Assembly: GCA_018056685.1 (NCBI GenBank)
Contig: JAGPFC010000001.1
Span: 132,178-196,177, forward strand
Source: Smithella sp.
GTDB lineage: Bacteria; Desulfobacterota; Syntrophia; Syntrophales; Smithellaceae
DNA: 64,000 nt
Direction: 5' to 3'
Shown: positions 58,281 through 64,000 of the stretch, piece by piece
How positions within the stretch are numbered: the stretch's first letter is position 1
Layout of the letters: the number at the start of each line of letters is the position of its first letter
The notes under the pieces: model-generated
Database searches by the model: none
What the model was told of the DNA's origin: nothing
What the model saw: the letters and a program-made list of their open reading frames with translations, nothing else
Position numbers and translations under genes: made by a program

Positions 58281-58733
58281 TTACCAGGCTTCAGGAAACG
58301 CCATGTTGGTAAAAGTGTCTTCCAGTTTGACCTTGTGACCTCTTTCCATGGCCGCCAGGGACTGGAACATCTTTTTCTGTTCAGCATCGGTGCTGCAATT
58401 GGCCATTTCCGTGTACATGTCCATGGCTTCCTGTTCATTCTTAACCGCCAGCGCAATGGCATCCGACGGTTTCATGCTTAAACTGAGTTTGGGTTTCTCA
58501 AGAGATTCCGCAACTTTATAATCTTTTGTTTCATCAAAGTGCATCTGGGTCTTGCCCGAGGTCAGACCTTCCAGAAACTTGCGATGCTTGGCTTCTTCAT
58601 CGGCCAACTCCGCAAAGATTTTCTTCAAACCGGCATCTTTTGATTTATCGGCAACTCCTTTATAAAAATCATAAGCTTCAATTTCATTGGAAATAGCGAA
58701 AGTAATTATTTTTTTGAATTCATCCGTTTTCAT
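58281..58733 (-). CDS. ferritin-like di-iron protein (rubrerythrin family without rubredoxin domain)
   Basis: 150 aa; two E...ExxH pairs (EIEAY...EEAKH, EQEAM...ERGH). Confidence 0.7.
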   Translation of the reverse strand: MKTDEFKKIITFAISNEIEAYDFYKGVADKSKDAGLKKIFAELADEEAKHRKFLEGLTSGKTQMHFDETKDYKVAESLEKPKLSLSMKPSDAIALAVKNEQEAMDMYTEMANCSTDAEQKKMFQSLAAMERGHKVKLEDTFTNMAFPEAW

Positions 58734-58796
58734 ACCAAACCTCCATTATAATAACCTTTAAATGAATATCCACACTGCCTTGTCATCTGGCTTTGA

Positions 58797-58825
58797 GATA
58801 TACCTTAAATGGCTGACAGCGTCAA
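58797..58825 (-). promoter_or_regulatory. sigma-70 promoter of the ferritin-like gene (TTGACG-17-TATATC)
   Basis: Reverse complement reads TTGACG ctgtcagccatttaagg TATATC. Confidence 0.5.
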
Positions 58826-58925
58826 AACATTTATTGTGAGACTCAAATTTTAACGAGACCTGGGTTTCAGAAACAAAGTGTGCTGAAACCTGCAGCGGAA
58901 TAGTTTCCAAAGTTTGCTTTGGGGT

Positions 58926-59945
58926 TCATACCAGTGATCTGCTTTTGATCGCCGATGAAGCAGCGCAACGTTGTTTCCCTTTTGTGCCGCACGTGCAGAG
59001 GTCAATTTCCCTTGTCGGAATCAGTCCCAGATCGGCAATCATTTCATGGTCGAGCTTGCTGTTTCTCTCCGTGGCGTTCAGATCATTTCCGGTCATCAGT
59101 GAATTGGCGCCGGCGATAATGCCCAGCGGCAGGAGCTGTCTCAAATTATTTTTCCTGCCGCCGCACAGTTTGATGTCTTTATCCGGCAGCATGAACCGGA
59201 AAACAGCAACCGTCATGAGAATTTCCATCGGCGACAGCGTTTGTGCGCGGTCCCGCTTATTTTCACTGCCGGAATCGATCATATTGATGGAAACGGCATC
59301 CACATTAAGCTTACGCAGAACTTCCGCCGATTGAATGCGTTGTGTGAAGGTCTCACCGATGCCGAAAGAAACACCGGCGCAAACAGACAAACCGGCAGCC
59401 TTCACGGCATTCATCATTGCCCGGTCTTCTTTGCCGTCGTTTTGCAAATGGTGACAATAGCGTAAAAGTCCAACAGCCTTCAGTTGTGCGGCCTGATTCG
59501 CATCGATCATGCCGGCAGCCAGGCAGGGCTTGATGCCCGATTTGTTGATTGCCGGGATAATCTGGCAAATATTCTTCCACGCCTTTTTCGTTTTCAAACC
59601 TTCAGAACCGGTGATGATGCTGAAAAACTCCGCGCCGTTTTTCTTCGCCTGAACGGCTTCCGCAAGAACCTGTCTGGCGGTTTTAATTTTTTGCGCAGAG
59701 ACATGATCGGGATTGGAATGAAAGGAAGCGCGGGATGTGCACTCCTGCGTACATTTTGCCGATATCAAGTGAGTCATACCGCAAAGAATAATGTCTTTGC
59801 CCTTGAAATGTTCACGGATTTCGGATGCCGCGGCCAGCACACGATAGGGATTGCCGGTACCTTCAACAAAAAGTTCGAGCGCCTCGGAGGTGCTGACATT
59901 TTTTTTCTTAATCGATTTTTCTTTTAACTTTTCGATAAAATCCAT
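58926..59945 (-). CDS. biotin synthase (BioB)-like protein with degenerate cluster ligands
   Basis: 339 aa, colinear with BioB (GIGET, AVFRFMLP, KLCGGR, GANSLMTG), but the radical-SAM motif reads CTQECTSR (third Cys is Arg72) and the Cys97 equivalent is Ser109. Confidence 0.7.
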   Translation of the reverse strand: MDFIEKLKEKSIKKKNVSTSEALELFVEGTGNPYRVLAAASEIREHFKGKDIILCGMTHLISAKCTQECTSRASFHSNPDHVSAQKIKTARQVLAEAVQAKKNGAEFFSIITGSEGLKTKKAWKNICQIIPAINKSGIKPCLAAGMIDANQAAQLKAVGLLRYCHHLQNDGKEDRAMMNAVKAAGLSVCAGVSFGIGETFTQRIQSAEVLRKLNVDAVSINMIDSGSENKRDRAQTLSPMEILMTVAVFRFMLPDKDIKLCGGRKNNLRQLLPLGIIAGANSLMTGNDLNATERNSKLDHEMIADLGLIPTREIDLCTCGTKGKQRCAASSAIKSRSLV

Positions 59946-59975
59946 TTATTGTCTTACCTTTCTCAATGCTGGAAT

Positions 59976-60004
59976 TTCATAGTTAAAAAAGAATGGCTTG
60001 TCAA
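59976..60004 (-). promoter_or_regulatory. sigma-70 promoter of the BioB-like gene (TTGACA-17-TATGAA)
   Basis: Reverse complement reads TTGACA agccattcttttttaac TATGAA. Confidence 0.45.
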
Positions 60005-60236
60005 TTCGTAAATCAGAGTAGCCCTTGTTCCGCAACCTGCTTATATTATTCAGCTTGAATATTTCATGGTTGTGGTGTTTCATCATTCCAGGAACGACGT
60101 GACACAAGATGACAAGTGTAACACCGTATGACGTGGACGTGGAACGATTCAATCACGATAGATAGGAATTGAAAATTATCTCGTAATCCTAATGGTAGTG
60201 TCCAACTTTTAGAAAAGAAAGAATGGAAATTTAAAA

Positions 60237-61757
60237 ATGACTTCTGAAAATATTCCTGTGATTATCGGCGCAGGCCAGGTGACAAGAAAGGAAGCTTCGT
60301 CCGTTATGGGCGGTTCACCGGTGGATCTGATGGCCGAGGCCGTGAAGGTTGCGGCGGCAGATGGCGGTTTGACACTGCAATGTCTTCAAAAGGCTGACCT
60401 GCTGATCACCACGTCGCTTTTTTCCGATGACGGAATCATCAATCCACCGGGGTGCGTGGCCGATAAACTTCATCTTCCCGATACGCGATGCATGATTTCC
60501 GGATTTGGCGGAATCATGCCTCACGCCATGCTGCACCATGCCATGAAAGCGATTGCCGGAAACAAAGCCGCTCTGGTGGTTCTGACCGGTGCGGAAGCTC
60601 AGCACACCATGCAGCAGGCGAAAAGGTCCAAAACTTTTACCGGATGGAATCTAACGTCCGGCCGGCCCTGCCTTGCGCCGCTGTCTCCATTGGGACTGTT
60701 TGATGGAGCCTGCGAAACAGAACATCTTCACGGTCTTTCCCTTCCTGCTACGGTTTATCCCATGCTGGAAAACGCCCTTCGCCGGTGTTATGGCCGCACG
60801 ATTGCAGATCATACGCAGAAAATAGGCAGATTGATGAGCCGTCTTTCCCAAGTGGCAGCGAAAAACCCCCGGGCATGGTTTCAGCAATCATTCTCACCGG
60901 AGGAAATCATTACCGTTTCCGAGACCAACCGCAACACCGCTTTCCCTTATACCAAAAGGATGAACGCCATGCTTTTGGTAAACCAGGCTGCCGCCCTCAT
61001 TGTCACTTCGGAAAAACAGGCCCGGCTGATGGGCATTGATCCGTCAAAATGGGTGTATGTCCACGGCTATGCCGAGGCCAATGATCACTGGCATATCCTG
61101 GAAAGAGAAGCCTACGGATTTTCCCCGGCCATTGAGATCGTAGGCCGGACCGCCTTGGTACAAGCCGGCGTAGCGATAGAGGACATTGATTTCTTCGATC
61201 TCTACAGTTGCTTTCCGGTTGCCATTCAGGTGACCCGGGATATGTTGGGTATTCCCGAAAATGATAACCGGCCGCTTACCGTTACCGGAGGACTTCCCTA
61301 TTTCGGCGGGCCGGGGAATAACTATGTCATGCATTCCATGGCGCAAATGGTTGAGGTTTTGCGTCAGCATCCCGGCAAGACAGGACTTGTCACGGGAAAT
61401 TCTTTTTACATGACCAAGCATTCTGCGGCAGTGTGCGCCACCAGACCTCCGAAAGACAATACGGCGGCAACAGCCGATGGGAGTCTTTGCCAGCAGGCGG
61501 TTGACCAGAGGCCGAAACATGAAATTAATCCGACACCCTCGGGCCGGGCAACGGTGGAAACCTATACCGTGATTTACGACCGGAATAACATGCCGGCCAA
61601 GGGTGTTATCATCGGAAAAGAAGAAAACGGAAAACGTTTCGTCGCTTTTACGCCTTCCGATCAATCTCTGTTTTCAGCAATGATAAAGGAAGACTTTTGC
61701 GGGATCAGTGGCCGGGTCGTTTCCAAAGACAAGGTAAATACCTTCACCCCGGACTGA
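60237..61757 (+). CDS. thiolase-like (SCP-x type) acyl-CoA acetyltransferase with C-terminal OB-fold-like extension
   Basis: 506 aa; thiolase-like N- and C-domains (VIIGAGQ..., NSFYMTKH...), extra ~100 aa tail GRATVETYTVIYDRN...GKRFVAF. Confidence 0.6.
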   Translation: MTSENIPVIIGAGQVTRKEASSVMGGSPVDLMAEAVKVAAADGGLTLQCLQKADLLITTSLFSDDGIINPPGCVADKLHLPDTRCMISGFGGIMPHAMLHHAMKAIAGNKAALVVLTGAEAQHTMQQAKRSKTFTGWNLTSGRPCLAPLSPLGLFDGACETEHLHGLSLPATVYPMLENALRRCYGRTIADHTQKIGRLMSRLSQVAAKNPRAWFQQSFSPEEIITVSETNRNTAFPYTKRMNAMLLVNQAAALIVTSEKQARLMGIDPSKWVYVHGYAEANDHWHILEREAYGFSPAIEIVGRTALVQAGVAIEDIDFFDLYSCFPVAIQVTRDMLGIPENDNRPLTVTGGLPYFGGPGNNYVMHSMAQMVEVLRQHPGKTGLVTGNSFYMTKHSAAVCATRPPKDNTAATADGSLCQQAVDQRPKHEINPTPSGRATVETYTVIYDRNNMPAKGVIIGKEENGKRFVAFTPSDQSLFSAMIKEDFCGISGRVVSKDKVNTFTPD

Positions 61758-61882
61758 AAATCAGTGACGCTGACGTCAGAACCTTTCAATCGACATATAG
61801 AGTGAAGTACTGCCGGAAAAATTTTAAAGCTGGATCAAGGAAACACCATCTATCAATTTATTGTTTAAGATATTTTTGATGC

Positions 61883-62464
61883 CTATTTCCCGGAGCGCTT
61901 GAATAATTCACGAAAACTTTGCAGATCCAGCATCAGGAATCCTGCATGCAGATAGCACGCAAAAAGCCACAGGGGGATGTTGAAGATATTCGTGTAGTGA
62001 TAGTCAAAATATCCCAGTTTGGATGTTGCTCCTTCCCAGAAACAGCCCAAGAATCCCATGATCAGGCATGCCTTTATCGCTGTATTGCGATTCTCGTGTG
62101 TGAAGAGAATGCGCGCGACCCAGATGGCAAGTACAATCCAGAAATAGATCACGGGATGAGCATTCCCCATCATTCCCGAACCGAAATAAGCCAGGGTACA
62201 CACCAAGGCATTAGCGGCTAAAATAATATAACTCGGATTGTCCCGCCACGCGTTTGCAAACGGCCGCGTGGCGAAGAAAAAGCCTGTTGTAGCGCACAGA
62301 AATATGGGAAATGTCCATGCGGATTGACCCTGGAACAAAACATTCAGCGGCTGCCAGTGGTAAACAAGAATATTATGGTCGATGTGAAAGAATTTATCGC
62401 ACAACGTGAACCAGACGGCCGCGCCAATGATACCTGTAACTGTGAATATATCGTGTAGTTTCAT
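61883..62464 (-). CDS. integral membrane protein (about 6 TM), unknown function, translationally coupled to the glycyl-radical enzyme
   Basis: 193 aa; ATG 7 nt after the GRE stop, SD gagga inside the GRE 3' end. Confidence 0.6.
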   Translation of the reverse strand: MKLHDIFTVTGIIGAAVWFTLCDKFFHIDHNILVYHWQPLNVLFQGQSAWTFPIFLCATTGFFFATRPFANAWRDNPSYIILAANALVCTLAYFGSGMMGNAHPVIYFWIVLAIWVARILFTHENRNTAIKACLIMGFLGCFWEGATSKLGYFDYHYTNIFNIPLWLFACYLHAGFLMLDLQSFRELFKRSGK

Positions 62465-62471
62465 ATTATCC

Positions 62472-64000
62472 TCATGCTCTGTTACTGGTGCGTGCTATGA
62501 TTTCATCCTGTAATTCGGGCGACAGTTCACTGAAATATACGGAATAACCGGATATCCTGACCAGCAGGAAAGGATACTGGTCTGGATTTTCTTTGGCCTT
62601 ACGAAGGACGGTGCTATCCAGCACGTTGAGTTGAACCTGCATGCCGCCGCGTTTGAAGTAGACGTTAATAAGGGAGGCGAGCATGTTGCGTCCTTGTTCA
62701 TCGTTTAGAGAATTGGCTTCGAATTTCAGATTGAAATTGATGCCATTGGCTATCTGCCGGTAGTCAATAGTGTTCATGGAATTAATCAGAGCCGTGACGC
62801 CGCTTCTATCCATACCATTTTGCGGGGCCATGCCGGAAGGAAAGGAGCCTCCTTTTGGTCTGCCGCAGGGAAGTGCCCCCGTGTTTTTGCCGAAATGTAC
62901 ATGCGCAGTGTTGGAATAAATTCCTGCCTGATACTGGCCGCCGCGTGTATTTTTCCCCTGGGCGCGCACAATACGCGCGTATTCATTCACAACAAAGCGC
63001 GTCCAATAATCGGCGGACTCGTCGTTGTTGCCGAACTTCGGAGCCTTTCGCATCAATGCGAACCAGTAGGGATCGGCATCGCGCGCGGAAAGCACGTCTC
63101 GCAGGCGGACGAGAGATATTTTTTTCTCCTGAAACACCAGGCGTTCGATGGCGCAAAGCGAGTCACCGGCCGTGGACATCCCGACGCCCTGCACGCCCGG
63201 GGAATTATATTTCGCCCCGCCGTTGGTTGAGCAGATGCCGGAAGCAAGGCATCCGTCTATAAAAAGACTGGTGAGAGGGGTGGGGTGATATACGGCGTGA
63301 GCACGGCCGACGGCGTTGAGATCGCTTACCATCCGGCCGACCAGATATTCAAGCTGCTTTGTGAAAGCTGCTGCGACATCATCCATCGTTTGCATTTCTT
63401 CTACTGGCGCGGTTTTCGCCCCGGTACGCAGCATGGAACCAAAGCGCCTGCCCTGGTTAAGAGCGTATTCCATGGCGATAGGCACGTTTAAAATGGCAGC
63501 ATCGGTTGATCCTATTGTCTTGCCCGGCGCCACCGGTTCAACGCAACCGATTGCCACGTAATCGCGCGCGTCATCCGGGTCGTATCCGGCGCTTATCATC
63601 GTCGGAACGATTATCTCGTCATTAAAAAGCGACGGCGAACTGCTGCCATTGGCGAGTGCGGTGTGTATGGCTTGTATAAAATCCCCGGGAGTTCCAGCGT
63701 GTATCCGTGCGTGAAAATTCGGCTGACGCATGCGGAGTTCATCGGCAATGCTAAGCAGCATATAGCTCAAATCATTTGTGGCGTCTTTTCCATCACGGTC
63801 GGTTCCGCCCATCGTGACCACCTGCCAACTGGTCATGCCGCCTGCCATGTTCGTTATGCTTTGGGAAAGCACGGGTATGGTTTCGCAGAGCTTTATGCAG
63901 AATGCCGCGAGGAGTTCACGTGCCTCTTCAGGGGTGAGGATACCCGCCTCAATGTCGCGCCGGTAGTAGGGGTATAAAATCTGGTCAACGCGGCCCGGGC
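62472..64000 (-). CDS. glycyl radical enzyme (PFL2/dehydratase-lyase class), 5'-truncated by the window edge
   Basis: Reading frame open to position 64000; thiyl loop AIGCVEP, glycyl-radical motif VRISGYSVYF (Gly codon 62547-62549). Confidence 0.85.
   Translation of the reverse strand, partial: PGRVDQILYPYYRRDIEAGILTPEEARELLAAFCIKLCETIPVLSQSITNMAGGMTSWQVVTMGGTDRDGKDATNDLSYMLLSIADELRMRQPNFHARIHAGTPGDFIQAIHTALANGSSSPSLFNDEIIVPTMISAGYDPDDARDYVAIGCVEPVAPGKTIGSTDAAILNVPIAMEYALNQGRRFGSMLRTGAKTAPVEEMQTMDDVAAAFTKQLEYLVGRMVSDLNAVGRAHAVYHPTPLTSLFIDGCLASGICSTNGGAKYNSPGVQGVGMSTAGDSLCAIERLVFQEKKISLVRLRDVLSARDADPYWFALMRKAPKFGNNDESADYWTRFVVNEYARIVRAQGKNTRGGQYQAGIYSNTAHVHFGKNTGALPCGRPKGGSFPSGMAPQNGMDRSGVTALINSMNTIDYRQIANGINFNLKFEANSLNDEQGRNMLASLINVYFKRGGMQVQLNVLDSTVLRKAKENPDQYPFLLVRISGYSVYFSELSPELQDEIIARTSNRA

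Overview
This 64-kb window looks like ordinary chromosome from an anaerobic, PAS/sigma-54/TPR-rich bacterium. The gene content suggests a Desulfobacterota-like sulfate reducer, but that is inference only. I call about 60 protein genes and one tRNA, and I found no mobile elements, CRISPR array or prophage.

Recognisable blocks, in order:
- RNase D and a PAS-GGDEF cyclase.
- A complete MoxR-DUF58-BatA/B/C/D (Bat) operon.
- surE and a PLD-like nuclease.
- A heat-shock locus: SIS-grpE-dnaK, divergent from three tandem hsp20 genes.
- cobB and fdhE.
- An acyl-CoA and organosulfate block: two crotonase-fold genes, a lipoprotein alkylsulfatase and abfD.
- Two tandem secreted lipase-like hydrolases under a PAS/sigma-54 regulator.
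- epmB-efp-epmA.
- A DUF853 ATPase, a GAF-GGDEF cyclase and a CYTH protein.
- A Tat-signal flavodoxin/ferredoxin, a nitrilase-family gene, nth, and secG followed by tRNA-Leu(GAG).
- Two tandem PilZ genes.
- A BioB-like gene with a broken radical-SAM motif.
- A 5'-truncated glycyl-radical enzyme coupled to a small membrane protein.

Most interesting signals:
1. A duplicated sigma-54 transcription unit (promoter, secreted acid-lipase-like hydrolase, terminator) sits next to a multi-PAS enhancer-binding protein. The two copies show patchwork near-identity that suggests gene conversion.
2. A roughly 40-bp promoter module is shared by two otherwise divergent enoyl-CoA hydratase genes that flank an exported alkylsulfatase.
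3. An intact, well-expressed-looking BioB homologue has lost one Cys of CxxxCxxC (a single-base difference from Cys) and one auxiliary-cluster Cys.
4. An (ATTG)5 microsatellite and a long inverted repeat lie between two PilZ paralogues.
5. Two sigma-54-like promoters do not fit the obvious regulon, and one of them has no downstream ORF.

Every call comes from reading motifs and sequence by eye. No database or HMM search was possible, so family names are motif-based, and promoter and terminator coordinates are approximate.
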